A model generated the notes under the pieces. The model was not told the origin of the DNA and made no database searches. It saw nothing but the letters and a program-made list of their open reading frames with translations. Of a stretch of 64,000 nt of DNA, positions 9,473 through 19,276 are shown one piece after another. The stretch lies in assembly GCA_016709145.1 (NCBI GenBank), contig JADJEK010000007.1:35630-99629 (forward strand), in the 5' to 3' direction. The stretch is from Planctomycetota bacterium (GTDB taxonomy: Bacteria; Planctomycetota; B15-G4; JADJEK01). The translations under genes and the position numbers were made by a program. Position 1 is the stretch's first letter; each line of letters begins with the position of its first letter.

Positions 9473-11119
9473 TTACGTCCGCCGGCGCCGAAAGTAACCC
9501 GAGCGCAGGCAACCGCCGACGAATCCGACGAGTGCGACCAGCGCCGCCATCCAAGCGGGCAGCTCCCCCATGCGGACGAACGGGCTCTTGCCAGCGGGCC
9601 GTGGGGGCACGTCCGCGATCAGGACCCCTTCGACACCGCGATCCCGCCCGCTCTCATCGGTCAGGACCGCCACGCGCCTGCCGTAGGCATCGTAGATCGC
9701 CGAGATCCCGGTGTTCGTCGCCCGCACGACGGGGGTCCGCATCTCGATCGCGCGCAGGATCGACGCGGCCTCCATCTGATCGAACTCGGAACTGACGCCG
9801 AACCAGCCCTCGTTCGAGAGATTGACGACGAAGTCGACATCGAGCGCACCGACCGCAGCCGCGTAGCCGGGATAGACGTTCTCGTAGCAGATGGTCGTCG
9901 CGAACGTCGCGGTCGTGCCGTCCCGCCTCGGGAGTTCGAACGCGCGCGGTCCGTCGCCCGGTACGAGCCGGGGCAGGAACCCGGCCGCTTCCTCGACCCA
10001 TCGATCGACGGCGGCGGGCAGGATCGACCGCAACGGGATGAACTCACCGCCGGGCACGAGCAGGGTCTTCGAATAGCGGCCGCGACGAACTCCCTCGGAG
10101 TCGAACAGCAGCGCACTGTTGTGATCCGCGCGCTCCCGCGGCGCCGCTCCCGAGCACGTGATCGCGCCGAGCAGCAACGACGCGCGCGCGTCCTTCAAAG
10201 TGCCGCGCAGCAGATCGCCCGCGACGAACTCGCGCTCGATCGCTTGCGCGTCGTCCGCGCCGAAACCGCTCGTGAACCAGGTCCCGGGCGCATCGTCGTG
10301 CGCCATCGGGTACGGGAACATCGTCTCGGCCCAGCACATCAAGTCGAAACCGAACTCGCCGGCCTTCGCCAACGCCGCGCGCGTGCCGCGCAATTGGATC
10401 GCCAAGATCTCGCGTTCGGTCTTCGGCGCGTGCTTCAACTGCTGCGAGATGTTGCCTTGGACCAGAGCAACCCGTGTCCGCGCGCCGAAGTTCTGCGCCG
10501 CCTCGTCGACGTCGACGCAGAACGTCGCGAAAGAGAACAGCCCGCCGATGCAAGCGAGGAACGCCGCCGCGTGCAGCGCCAACGCGGCCGGTTCTCGGCG
10601 GCGAGCGACGAACTCCCGCAAGCTCGCGCCGGCGAACGCGAGCACCAAGCCGAGCCCCGACGTCCCGATCCACGCCACGATCTGCGCCAGGCTGGCCGGC
10701 TGCGTCGCTCCGACCAACAGCCACGGATACCCGTTGAACGGGAAGCGCGCGCGCACGTACTCGACCGCGCCGAACGCGATCGGGAAGACGAGAGCGCGCG
10801 GCCAGCGCGGCACGAACACGTGCATGCGCCGCGCGATCAGCGCGGACGCGGGGAACGTCAACGCTTCGGGGATCGTCATGCCGATCCAGTTGAACCACGC
10901 GGTCTCGAGCAACCAGTGGCAACCGACGCCGAAGTAGACCGCTCCCGCGAGCGCCAACGCGAGTCCGCGGCGCCGCGACGTCAGCGCGTCGTCCCACGTC
11001 AGTTGCGCGATCAGCGCGAGGCCGACGTAGGCCAGCGGCCACACCGTGAACGGCTCGTGCGCGAGCACGAGGGCGAGCGCGCCGACGACAGCGAGGATGA
11101 ACGGCTGCAATCGGTTCAT
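9473..11119 (-). CDS. lnt: Apolipoprotein N-acyltransferase
   Basis: N-terminal TMs (PFNGYPW, VQGNI) and nitrilase-fold catalytic triad: WAET (E), YSKTLLVPGGE (K), ICYE (C). Confidence 0.93.
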   Translation of the reverse strand: MNRLQPFILAVVGALALVLAHEPFTVWPLAYVGLALIAQLTWDDALTSRRRGLALALAGAVYFGVGCHWLLETAWFNWIGMTIPEALTFPASALIARRMHVFVPRWPRALVFPIAFGAVEYVRARFPFNGYPWLLVGATQPASLAQIVAWIGTSGLGLVLAFAGASLREFVARRREPAALALHAAAFLACIGGLFSFATFCVDVDEAAQNFGARTRVALVQGNISQQLKHAPKTEREILAIQLRGTRAALAKAGEFGFDLMCWAETMFPYPMAHDDAPGTWFTSGFGADDAQAIEREFVAGDLLRGTLKDARASLLLGAITCSGAAPRERADHNSALLFDSEGVRRGRYSKTLLVPGGEFIPLRSILPAAVDRWVEEAAGFLPRLVPGDGPRAFELPRRDGTTATFATTICYENVYPGYAAAVGALDVDFVVNLSNEGWFGVSSEFDQMEAASILRAIEMRTPVVRATNTGISAIYDAYGRRVAVLTDESGRDRGVEGVLIADVPPRPAGKSPFVRMGELPAWMAALVALVGFVGGCLRSGYFRRRRT

Positions 11120-12378
11120 GCGTCGCGGAACAGGAAGTCGAACACGTCCGGTCCGCCGGCATCGAGCGGCAGCGCGAACACGCGCTCACCGGCCGCCGCG
11201 GCGCCGGTGCCGGCGGGGACGAAGACGAAGCCGTTCGCGCGCGCGACGCACGTCACGTCGCCCGAACCGTGCCAGCCCGAGAATCGCGCGTGCAAGCCGT
11301 CCTCACGCAGCGTCAACACGGCCGGCAGCGCTTGCTCGCGCTCCTCGACGCGCTTCACGGGTGCATCGAGCACGGCCGGCAAGCGCGCGCGCCCCGGAAT
11401 CACGACACCGAAGCGGCGCACCAACGCGGGCTTCACGAACAGATGGAACACCGTGAACGCCGAGATCGGATTGCCCGGCACACCGAACACGATGCGCTGA
11501 TCGCCGTCGTCGCGCTCGCGTGTCCCGAAGATCGTGGGCTTGCCGGGCTTCAGCGCGATGCGATCGAAGTGCGTCACCACGCCGAGATCCGCGAGGACCT
11601 CGGGCGTGAAGTCGTAATCCCCCACCGACGAGCCCCCGGACAACAGCACGACGTCCGCGGTCGCGAGCGCTTCCGCGGTTCCCGCGCGGATCACGTCCCG
11701 ATCGTCCGGCAGTCGGCGTCGGCAGACCACGCGTGCTCCGGTGCGCTCGACGAGAGCCGCGAGAGCCGCGCCGTTCGACTCGCGGATCTGCCCGAGTGCC
11801 GGCGTCGCCGCGACGTCGACGAGTTCGGTTCCGGTCGCGAGGATCGCGACGCGCGGAGCCGGCAAGCACCGCGGCGCGATCGCACCGACGCTCGCGAGCA
11901 AGCCGACGTGCCCGGTCGTGAGCAGAGCGCCACGCGGGACGAGGACGGCACCGGCCGTCGCGTCCTCTCCGCGCTTCGAGACGTTCTGACCCACGCGCAG
12001 CGGGACGCCACAAACGACGTACTCGCCCTCGCGGGACGTTCGCTCGACTTGGATGACGGCGTCGGTGTCCGCGGGCAGCACGGCGCCGGTGAAGATGGAC
12101 ACCGCGCAACCGGCATCGATGGATCCCGCGAAGGGTCGCCCGGCCGCGGATTCACCGACCACGCGCAAACGCGCGCCGACGGTCTGCGTATCGCTCGCGC
12201 GGACGGCGAAGCCATCCATCGTCGAGCGCGAGAACGGCGGAAGATCGACGTCCGCATGCACGTCCTCGGCGAGCACACGACCGACGACCTCCTGCAACGG
12301 CGTCGCGACCGCGGCCGACCAGGGCGGCGGACGGACGGTGCTCGTGACGAGGGTGAGGGCTTGGTCGACGAGGATCAT
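11116..12378 (-). CDS. moeA: Molybdopterin molybdotransferase MoeA
   Basis: PPFSRSTMDGFAV, IFTGAVLP, ATGTEL, SGGSSVGDYD, KPGKP, GVPGNPIS; 4-bp overlap with lnt; start trimmed to ATG 12378. Confidence 0.93.
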   Translation of the reverse strand: MILVDQALTLVTSTVRPPPWSAAVATPLQEVVGRVLAEDVHADVDLPPFSRSTMDGFAVRASDTQTVGARLRVVGESAAGRPFAGSIDAGCAVSIFTGAVLPADTDAVIQVERTSREGEYVVCGVPLRVGQNVSKRGEDATAGAVLVPRGALLTTGHVGLLASVGAIAPRCLPAPRVAILATGTELVDVAATPALGQIRESNGAALAALVERTGARVVCRRRLPDDRDVIRAGTAEALATADVVLLSGGSSVGDYDFTPEVLADLGVVTHFDRIALKPGKPTIFGTRERDDGDQRIVFGVPGNPISAFTVFHLFVKPALVRRFGVVIPGRARLPAVLDAPVKRVEEREQALPAVLTLREDGLHARFSGWHGSGDVTCVARANGFVFVPAGTGAAAAGERVFALPLDAGGPDVFDFLFRDA

Positions 12379-12441
12379 GGCTACGGTGATCGCGTGGGAA
12401 CTTGAGTTCTTGGATGCACCGCGCGCAAGTCGAAAAAGCCC

Positions 12442-12658
12442 GGCCCGCACGTTCGCAGCCGCCCGAATGCCGTCGGACTTCGGCAGTTGGCTGCACGCAG
12501 CCCGCTGCCGAAGTCCGGCGAGCAGTCGGGCGAGCGAGAACTTGCGGGACGAGGAGTGCCGACGAGGCGTATCGACGGAGAGATACGGTGAGGAGGCGCG
12601 ACGAAGGCCCGCACGTTCGCAGCCGCCCGAATGCCGTCGGACTTCGGCAGCGGGCTGC
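12442..12658. repeat. REP/BIME-like intergenic element: 45-bp perfect direct repeat plus palindromic arms
   Basis: ggcccgcacgttcgcagccgcccgaatgccgtcggacttcggcag occurs at 12442-12486 and 12606-12650. 12474-12517 folds into a hairpin with a 13-bp outer stem. 12497-12517 is the exact reverse complement of 12638-12658. Confidence 0.85.
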
Positions 12659-12749
12659 TAGCATCCGGCCGGGTCTTTCTCGCGATCCGGGGCTCAGCTC
12701 CGCGTCGAAGACCGTGCTCGCACCCTCGAGGTGTGGTTGGAGAGCCTGG

Positions 12750-14072
12750 ATGCTCGTTTCGTTCCCGTCGCCGCGTCCGTTCGCGCTCGTTTGCGCACTC
12801 GCGGCGCTCCCGAGTTGCAGTCCCGCCGACGGCGACGCCGGGGCCACCGGTGGCATGCCGTACACCGCGACGACCCCGGGCGCGCCGAGCTCTCCGCAGG
12901 GCACGCTGGTCCGAGCACAGAAACTGCGCACCGGGGAGATCCGCAGCACGATCGAAGTGCCGACCGACATCGAGGCCGAGATCGTCGTCGACGTGTTCCC
13001 GAAAGTCGGCCCGGCCTACATCAAGGACGTCTTGGTCAAGGAAGGCGATCACGTCGAAGCCGGCGCGCCCTTGCTGCTGCTCGACGAAGTCGACTTCCAA
13101 TTGGCGAAGAAGCGCGCCGCGAGCGACCTGCTGCAAGCCCAGCAGAAGATCAACGTGCAGACCACGGCCCTGTCCGAAGCGCAAGCGCGCCAGGCCGCGC
13201 AAAAGGCCGTGTTCGAGAAAGCCGAACTCGACTACCAACGCGCCAAGGACTCGATGGCCGGTGGCATCGACGTGTTGTCGCAGAAGGAATTCGCGGACAT
13301 CGAGTCGGCGTACTTCCAACAGCAAGCGCAGTACGACGGCGTGAAGTTCGCGGTCGACCGCGCCAAGGACGACCTCGAGAGCGCACGACTCGCCGTGAAG
13401 GCCGCGGAGATCGATCTCGAAGAAGCGCAGACCGAACTCGAGTACACGACCGTTCGCGCGCCGACGACGGGCATCATCCAGCGCCGCGACGTCAACGCCG
13501 GACTGCTCGTCAACTCGAGCACGCACTTGTTCACGTTGGTCGATCCGACCTTGCTGATCGCGAATCTGTCGATCGATCAGGGCAAGCTCGCGCTGTTGCG
13601 CCAACCCGGGCTCCTCGTCGAGTTCGTGATCGACGCACTTCCCGGCCGCGTGGTCGGCGGGACGATCGAAGCGATCAATCCCACGGTCGATCCGAACTCC
13701 GGCCAAGCGCGCGTGCGCGCGCGTCTCGAGCCGGGCGCGGAGACCTTCGTGTTGCCGGGCATGTACGCGAACGCGCGCATCGTGATCGGAAGTCGCGCGG
13801 ACGCCGTCCTGCTGCCGAAGCGCGCGGTCGTGAACGACGAAGGGCGTCAGTACTTCTTCGCCGTGGAGCGCAAGCCGGCTGATTCGGGCGCGAGCACGGG
13901 CAGCGTCATCGCGAAGCGCCACGAGTTCTCGAGCGGCGCGAGCACGCCCACCGAGTACGAGGTCGTGACCATCGACGGCGCGACTCCGACGGCGGACCAC
14001 GACGTCATCGTCGTCGGCCAGGACAAGTTGCAAGACGGCGACGATGTCATCGTCGTGGGCGAAGGATCGTGA
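12750..14072 (+). CDS. RND efflux periplasmic adaptor (MFP), probable lipoprotein
   Basis: Lipobox-like LAALPSC; lipoyl halves (VLVKEGDHVEAGAPLL; TVRAPTTGII), long alpha-hairpin and beta-barrel (INPTVDPNSG); start trimmed to ATG 12750. Confidence 0.9.
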   Translation: MLVSFPSPRPFALVCALAALPSCSPADGDAGATGGMPYTATTPGAPSSPQGTLVRAQKLRTGEIRSTIEVPTDIEAEIVVDVFPKVGPAYIKDVLVKEGDHVEAGAPLLLLDEVDFQLAKKRAASDLLQAQQKINVQTTALSEAQARQAAQKAVFEKAELDYQRAKDSMAGGIDVLSQKEFADIESAYFQQQAQYDGVKFAVDRAKDDLESARLAVKAAEIDLEEAQTELEYTTVRAPTTGIIQRRDVNAGLLVNSSTHLFTLVDPTLLIANLSIDQGKLALLRQPGLLVEFVIDALPGRVVGGTIEAINPTVDPNSGQARVRARLEPGAETFVLPGMYANARIVIGSRADAVLLPKRAVVNDEGRQYFFAVERKPADSGASTGSVIAKRHEFSSGASTPTEYEVVTIDGATPTADHDVIVVGQDKLQDGDDVIVVGEGS

Positions 14073-17000
14073 CGTCCCCCATCGCGCCGGTCGCGAGCGG
14101 ATTCGCGGTCACCGTCCGGCGTCCGGTCGCGACCACGATGGCGGTGATCGCCATCGCGACGTTCGGCTGGATCTCGTTCGGCAAGATCCCGCTCGCTCTG
14201 CTGCCCGAGATCTCGTACCCGACCATTACGGTGCGCACCGAGTACGAGGGTGCCGGGCCCGAGGACATCGAGGAACGCATCTCGCGCCGCGTCGAAGAAG
14301 CGCTCGCCGTCCTGCCCGGACTCGAGAACTACTCGTCGGTCTCGCGCGCCGGCGTGTCCGACGTCGTGCTCGAGTTCCGCTGGGGAACGAATCTGTCGTT
14401 CGCGACGCAGGAAGTCCGCGAGCGCCTCGATCGCGTCAGCTTGCCGGACGACACCGAGCAGCCTCTGATCCTGCGCTACGACCCGTCGCTCGATCCCATC
14501 TTGCGCGTCGCCGTCTCCGGCGACGCCGATCTGCGCGAGATCCGCCTGGCGGCCGACGAGCTCGTCGCGCGCAAGATCGCGACCGTGCCGGGCGTCGCCG
14601 CAGTCAAGGTTCGTGGTGGCCTCGAAGAGGAGATCCGCGTTCGGCTCGACGCGGAACGACTCACGCACCTCGGCCTCGACATCTCCGAGGTCGATCGCCG
14701 GCTGAAGATCGAGAACGTGAACCTGGCCAGCGGCACGCTCGTCGAGGGCGACACCGAATACGTCGTCCGCACGCTGAATCAGTTCCGGACGCTCGACGAG
14801 TTGCTCGACCTCGCGATCGTGGATCGCGAAGGATCGCCGATTCGCTTGCGCGACATCGGAACCGTCGACCGCTCCCACCGCGATCGCGACGTCATCACGC
14901 GCGTCGACGGCAACGAATCGGTCGAGCTGCTGATCTACCGCGAAGCCGACTTCAACATCGTCGCGCTGGCCGACGCGGTGCAAGACAAGCTGTTCGGCAC
15001 CGACGAGCAGCGCGCGTATCTGGCCGCGCTCGCGTCCGGCGCGATCGTCGATCCCGAAGTGCGCTTGAAGGAAGCGCTGCTGCGCGAAGAAGCCACGCAG
15101 AAGGATGCCGCGAAACCCGACGCCGGCCGCGGTCGCGACAGGACGAGTGGGGGCATGGGCGGCGGCATGGGCGGCTTCTCGATGGAGAGCGCCGAGATCA
15201 CCGCATTGCGCACCGAAGTGCAGAAGAAGAAGGAAGCGCAGGACGCACTGGTCCTCACGCTACCTCGGGGCTTGTCGACTCGTGTTCTGTCCGACCAATC
15301 GGTCTTCATCGAGAGCGCGATCGCCGACGTCAAAGGCGCCGCGGTGTCGGGCGGCGTGCTGTCGATCCTCGTGCTGCTGCTGTTCCTGCGCAACCTCGCG
15401 GCCACCACGATCATCGCGATCTCGATCCCGTTGTCCGTGATCACGACGTTCGCGCCGATGTTCCTGCTCGACACGACGCTGAACATCATGTCGCTCGGCG
15501 GACTCGCACTCGGCATCGGCATGTTGGTCGACAACTCGATCGTCGTGCTCGAGTCGATCTACCGTTGTCGCGAAGAAGGCGACGAACCGGCGGCGGCCGC
15601 GATCCGCGGCACCACCGAAGTCGGTCTCGCCGTGTTGGCCTCGACGCTGACGACCGTGGCCGTGTTCTTCCCGATCGTGTTCGTCTCGGGCGTCGCCGGA
15701 CAGATCTTCGGCGATCAAGCCCTGACGGTGGTCTGCTCGCTGCTGTCCTCGCTGGCGGTCGCGGTCTACTTCATTCCGATGCTGGCCGCGCGCGGCTTGA
15801 AGTCGATGGACGCGCCCAAACTCGAGCTGCAGGACGCGCTGCGACGACCGCTGGCCGCGATCGGATCGCTCGCGAGTCCGCTCGTGCTCTGGAACCGCAC
15901 CATCGCGTTCCGCGGGATCGCGAGCGCACTCGACCGAGGCTCCGGTCTGCGACTCGCGCTGTCGAGTTTGATCCTCGTGCCGCTGTTCCTGGTCCAATTC
16001 GGCCTGGAGTGGATCAGCCGACTGCTGCTCGTGATCGTGTTCTTCGCGCTGTTCGTGGTCCGCGTCGTCGCCGGCGGGCTGCTGTGGGTCGCGCGCATCC
16101 TGACTTGGCCGTTCCAGCGCGCGTTCGAGTTCGGCTTCGACGGACTGACCAAGCTCTATCCACGGTCGCTTCGCATGGTCCTGAAGAACGGCGCGTGGAC
16201 GCTGCTGGTGATGTTGCTGACCGGCGCGGCCGCCTACGCCGGCTGGCGCGGCTTCGGCGCACTCGGCCGCGAGATGCTGCCGACCGTGCATCAGGGCGAA
16301 CTCGTCGTGCATGCGTTCCTGCCGGTGGGAACGCCGCTGAACACGACGGCCGACGTGCTGCTGCCGTTCGAGCGCGAGTTCCGCACGATCGAAGGCGTCG
16401 AGACGGTGGCCGCCGCGATCGGCGTGCCGCGCGACGAAGTCGCGGAACCCGACGAAGGTCCGCATTCCGGTCGCCTGTTCGTGAAGTTGCGCCCGTCCGA
16501 CGACGTCGCGGCCGCGGAGCAACGCGTGCAAGACGCGATGCGTGCGCGACTCGCGACCAGCGCCGACCTCGACAGCTTCCGCTTCAGCCGCCCGACCCTG
16601 TTCTCGGTGAAGGCGCCGATCGTGATCGAGGCGCGGACCAACGAACTGCCCGTCCTCCGCGCCGTGGCGGAGCGCATCGGCGATCAACTGAAGTCGATGC
16701 CGGGTCTGTCCGACGTTCGCAGCACGGTGCAGTCGGGAAGTCCCGAGATCCGTCTGTCGTTCGATCGCGAGAAGCTGCGCCGCTACGGACTCGATCTCGA
16801 GGCCATCTCGAACCGCATCCGCGCGCAGGTCCAAGGCGTGGTGTCGACGCGCTTCGCCGAAGGCGAACGCCGCATCGACGTGCGCGTGAAATCCGACGTC
16901 GAGTCGCTGGCGGCGCTCGAGAAGATGATCGTGAACCGCGGCCGCGCGATGAACTTGTCCGACACGCTCGATCGCGGACAGGAAGGCGGCGGCGCATCGA

Positions 17001-17863
17001 CCGGTTCGGGATCGGCCTCGATCCGCGACCGCACGTTGATCCCCTCGCTCTCGCTCGATCTCGGCGGCGGTTCGCCGATCCCGCTGGCGGCGGTCGCGAA
17101 CGTCAACAAGATCGAAGGCCCCGCCGAGATCCGCCGCATCAACGGGCAGCGCGCGGCGGTGCTGACGGCGAACACGGTCGGGTTCGACCTCGGTGGCGCG
17201 ATCGATTCGATCCGCGCCGTGCTCGGGCAAGTCGAATCGGAGTTCCCCGCCGTCGTCGCCGGGATCGGCGGCCAGGGTGCCGAGATGAGCCAGTCGTTGA
17301 CCGACATGCGCATGGCTCTGCTGCTCGCGGTGTTCCTGGTCTACATCGTGATGGCGTCGCAGTTCGAGTCGATCATCCAGCCGCTCGTGATCTTGTTCAC
17401 GATTCCGCTCGCGGTGGTCGGCGCCGTGCTCGCGCTCGAGTGGTCCGACACTCCGCTCTCGGTCGTCGTGCTGATCGGAGCGGTCGTGTTGGCCGGGATC
17501 GTCGTCAACAACGCGATCGTCCTGCTCGACTACGCCAATCAACTGCGAGCTCGTGGCATGTCGTCGATCGATGCCTTGGTCACCGCCGGTCAGGCGCGGC
17601 TGCGGCCGATCTTCATGACCACGGCGACGACCGTGCTCGGCTTGATCCCGATCACGGGATGCATGGAGTGGATCCCGGGGATCCGGGTCCTGCCCGAAGC
17701 GTTTTGGCGCGGTTCCGAGCTCCAAGCTCCGTTGGCGATCACCGTGATCGGTGGCTTGACGCTGTCGACGCTGCTGACGCTGGTCGTCATCCCCGCGATC
17801 GACCACATGGTGCACCAGTTGCGCGGCCGCGCCGGCGCCGCGACGAGTCCGCCGACGACCTGA
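14069..17863 (+). CDS. RND permease (AcrB/AcrD/AcrF family), 1264 aa with insertions
   Basis: LLPEISYPTITV, LNIMSLGGLALGIGMLVDNSIVV, GIVVNNAIV, RLRPIFMTT; 4-bp overlap with the MFP gene. Confidence 0.95.
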   Translation: MTSPIAPVASGFAVTVRRPVATTMAVIAIATFGWISFGKIPLALLPEISYPTITVRTEYEGAGPEDIEERISRRVEEALAVLPGLENYSSVSRAGVSDVVLEFRWGTNLSFATQEVRERLDRVSLPDDTEQPLILRYDPSLDPILRVAVSGDADLREIRLAADELVARKIATVPGVAAVKVRGGLEEEIRVRLDAERLTHLGLDISEVDRRLKIENVNLASGTLVEGDTEYVVRTLNQFRTLDELLDLAIVDREGSPIRLRDIGTVDRSHRDRDVITRVDGNESVELLIYREADFNIVALADAVQDKLFGTDEQRAYLAALASGAIVDPEVRLKEALLREEATQKDAAKPDAGRGRDRTSGGMGGGMGGFSMESAEITALRTEVQKKKEAQDALVLTLPRGLSTRVLSDQSVFIESAIADVKGAAVSGGVLSILVLLLFLRNLAATTIIAISIPLSVITTFAPMFLLDTTLNIMSLGGLALGIGMLVDNSIVVLESIYRCREEGDEPAAAAIRGTTEVGLAVLASTLTTVAVFFPIVFVSGVAGQIFGDQALTVVCSLLSSLAVAVYFIPMLAARGLKSMDAPKLELQDALRRPLAAIGSLASPLVLWNRTIAFRGIASALDRGSGLRLALSSLILVPLFLVQFGLEWISRLLLVIVFFALFVVRVVAGGLLWVARILTWPFQRAFEFGFDGLTKLYPRSLRMVLKNGAWTLLVMLLTGAAAYAGWRGFGALGREMLPTVHQGELVVHAFLPVGTPLNTTADVLLPFEREFRTIEGVETVAAAIGVPRDEVAEPDEGPHSGRLFVKLRPSDDVAAAEQRVQDAMRARLATSADLDSFRFSRPTLFSVKAPIVIEARTNELPVLRAVAERIGDQLKSMPGLSDVRSTVQSGSPEIRLSFDREKLRRYGLDLEAISNRIRAQVQGVVSTRFAEGERRIDVRVKSDVESLAALEKMIVNRGRAMNLSDTLDRGQEGGGASTGSGSASIRDRTLIPSLSLDLGGGSPIPLAAVANVNKIEGPAEIRRINGQRAAVLTANTVGFDLGGAIDSIRAVLGQVESEFPAVVAGIGGQGAEMSQSLTDMRMALLLAVFLVYIVMASQFESIIQPLVILFTIPLAVVGAVLALEWSDTPLSVVVLIGAVVLAGIVVNNAIVLLDYANQLRARGMSSIDALVTAGQARLRPIFMTTATTVLGLIPITGCMEWIPGIRVLPEAFWRGSELQAPLAITVIGGLTLSTLLTLVVIPAIDHMVHQLRGRAGAATSPPTT

Positions 17864-17884
17864 AAAAAGGCCTGAACTGCTGGC

Positions 17885-17914
17885 TTGGAATCCACGGGGA
17901 GCCGCCGCTAACAT
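17885..17914 (+). promoter_or_regulatory. Probable sigma70 promoter of the tRNA (TTGGAA-N18-TAACAT)
   Basis: Hexamers at 17885-17890 and 17909-17914, 13 nt upstream of the tRNA 5' end. Confidence 0.45.
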
Positions 17915-17927
17915 GCGCGGCTCATTC

Positions 17928-18003
17928 GGGTGGCTAGCTCAGTTGGGAGAGCGCTACGTTCGCAACGTAGAGGTCATCGGTTCAACTCCGTTGCCATCCA
18001 CCA
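17928..18003 (+). tRNA. tRNA-Ala (anticodon CGC), CCA encoded
   Basis: Cloverleaf: GGGTGGC/GCCATCC acceptor stem with G3:U70, D arm GCTC/GAGC, anticodon arm CTACG-TTCGCAA-CGTAG, T loop TTCAACT (one U-U mismatch in the T stem). Confidence 0.96.
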
Positions 18004-18009
18004 AACAGC

Positions 18010-18054
18010 ACACGACCCCGCTCGGCCGCAGGCCGAGCGGGGTCGTGTCTTTTC
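18010..18054 (+). terminator. Intrinsic terminator after the tRNA
   Basis: Perfect 18-bp stem acacgaccccgctcggcc/ggccgagcggggtcgtgt, 3-nt loop, followed by ctttt. Confidence 0.85.
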
Positions 18055-18165
18055 ACGGGCGCATCGCGCCTCGACGCCGAACGATTCTCAGCCGAGCCCA
18101 CGAGGTGTCCACCCCGGGTGAGGCCGACAGCCTGAATCAACCGGCCTGACTCACGATCTCGTCGT

Positions 18166-18705
18166 TCAGTTCGCTCGGCGGTAGGTGATCTTCATGACCT
18201 CCCCCGCACCTTCCTGTCGGATCGTGAAGATTCGCGTGTTCGCGTCGCGCATCGTCGTTTCGTGGACGAACTTGCCCGGCTTCCCGGACATGTCCAGGCC
18301 GGTCGCCTCCGCGCGGTAGGTCTTCCCGTCGGCCGAGAATTCGCCTTCCGCGAGAGTCAACGGGCCGCCCGACGAGTCGACCCAGATCGTCACGAACTTC
18401 GCGCGAGCCGGATCGAATCCGTACACGCCGTGGCCGACGAACGGCGCGCCCATGAACGTGCCCTTGAAGTCGGATTCGAACCAGAAGCCCTCGCAGATCG
18501 AATGGCAGACCTCGACCCCGGTCTCCTTCTGTCCCATCAGGTCGAGTTCTGCATTCCAGGTTCCTTCCCAGGAGCGCACGAACTCCATGGCCTTCGCGGG
18601 TCGCGGGATGCCGGCGCCCGCATCCTCGCCCTCCATCGGCACCGCGAACGACACGAGCACTCCGGCCACCAGCACCACGGCCACGACGATCCAAATGAAC
18701 TGCAT
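18166..18705 (-). CDS. DUF1579 family exported protein
   Basis: Signal/TM then WEGTW...FWFESDFKGTFMGAPFVGHGVYGFDPARAKFVTIWVDS, the typical DUF1579 pattern. Confidence 0.8.
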   Translation of the reverse strand: MQFIWIVVAVVLVAGVLVSFAVPMEGEDAGAGIPRPAKAMEFVRSWEGTWNAELDLMGQKETGVEVCHSICEGFWFESDFKGTFMGAPFVGHGVYGFDPARAKFVTIWVDSSGGPLTLAEGEFSADGKTYRAEATGLDMSGKPGKFVHETTMRDANTRIFTIRQEGAGEVMKITYRRAN

Positions 18706-18801
18706 CTCTGATCTCCACGTCGAAAGGAGTCCGACGCGCCAACCTCACGCTCCGCGATGGACGCGGTTCGTGCATGTCGCGCGTACCGATTGCTGGCCCG
18801 A

Positions 18802-19158
18802 TCACGTCGCGGCGGGAGCGCCGTACTTCTGGGTCGCGAATCCGACCACTGCGCCGAGCGCTGCACCGGGCAGCATGATCTCGACCCAGTAGTGGTTCCC
18901 GCCCTCGTCACCCATCGCCGCGACGAGTCCGCTGAGGATCAATCCCGTCATCAGTCCCACGAGGATGCCCTTGCCGATGGAATGCGATCGGCGTGCGTAC
19001 CAACCGGCGACGAAGCCGGTCAGCAGGCCCTTGAACGTCGAGCCGATCACGATCTCCCGCAACATCTCGCTGGTGACGAACGGGTAGAGCCCCGCCGACC
19101 AGCCATCGATCGCACCCAACAAAGCGCCAAGGACCAATCCAAGCACGACCTTCGTCAC
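18802..19158 (-). CDS. Small Gly-rich 4-TM membrane protein, unknown function
   Basis: GTG start at 19158 with GGAGG 6 nt upstream; four hydrophobic Gly-rich segments. Confidence 0.75.
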   Translation of the reverse strand: MTKVVLGLVLGALLGAIDGWSAGLYPFVTSEMLREIVIGSTFKGLLTGFVAGWYARRSHSIGKGILVGLMTGLILSGLVAAMGDEGGNHYWVEIMLPGAALGAVVGFATQKYGAPAAT

Positions 19159-19276
19159 GACGAACCTCCAAGACCTCGGACCACCGCGCACCGCGCGCGG
19201 CGATCGTTCATTCCGAACACGGCGGAGTTCCTTTGGCGCATCGTCGGAAAAACTTCGTCCCGACCGCGTCCATCGG

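Noticed and set aside
8393-11500. Very long antisense ORFs (for example 8393-11500, 14044-17937, 32792-35959, 57331-60660)
   Set aside because: Antisense or frame-shifted shadows of well-supported genes, caused by stop-codon scarcity in high-GC DNA; Arg/Ala-rich with no domains.
17976-17992. U-U mismatch in the tRNA T stem as a sign of a pseudo-tRNA
   Set aside because: All other arms, the G3:U70 identity pair, the CCA end, promoter and terminator are intact.
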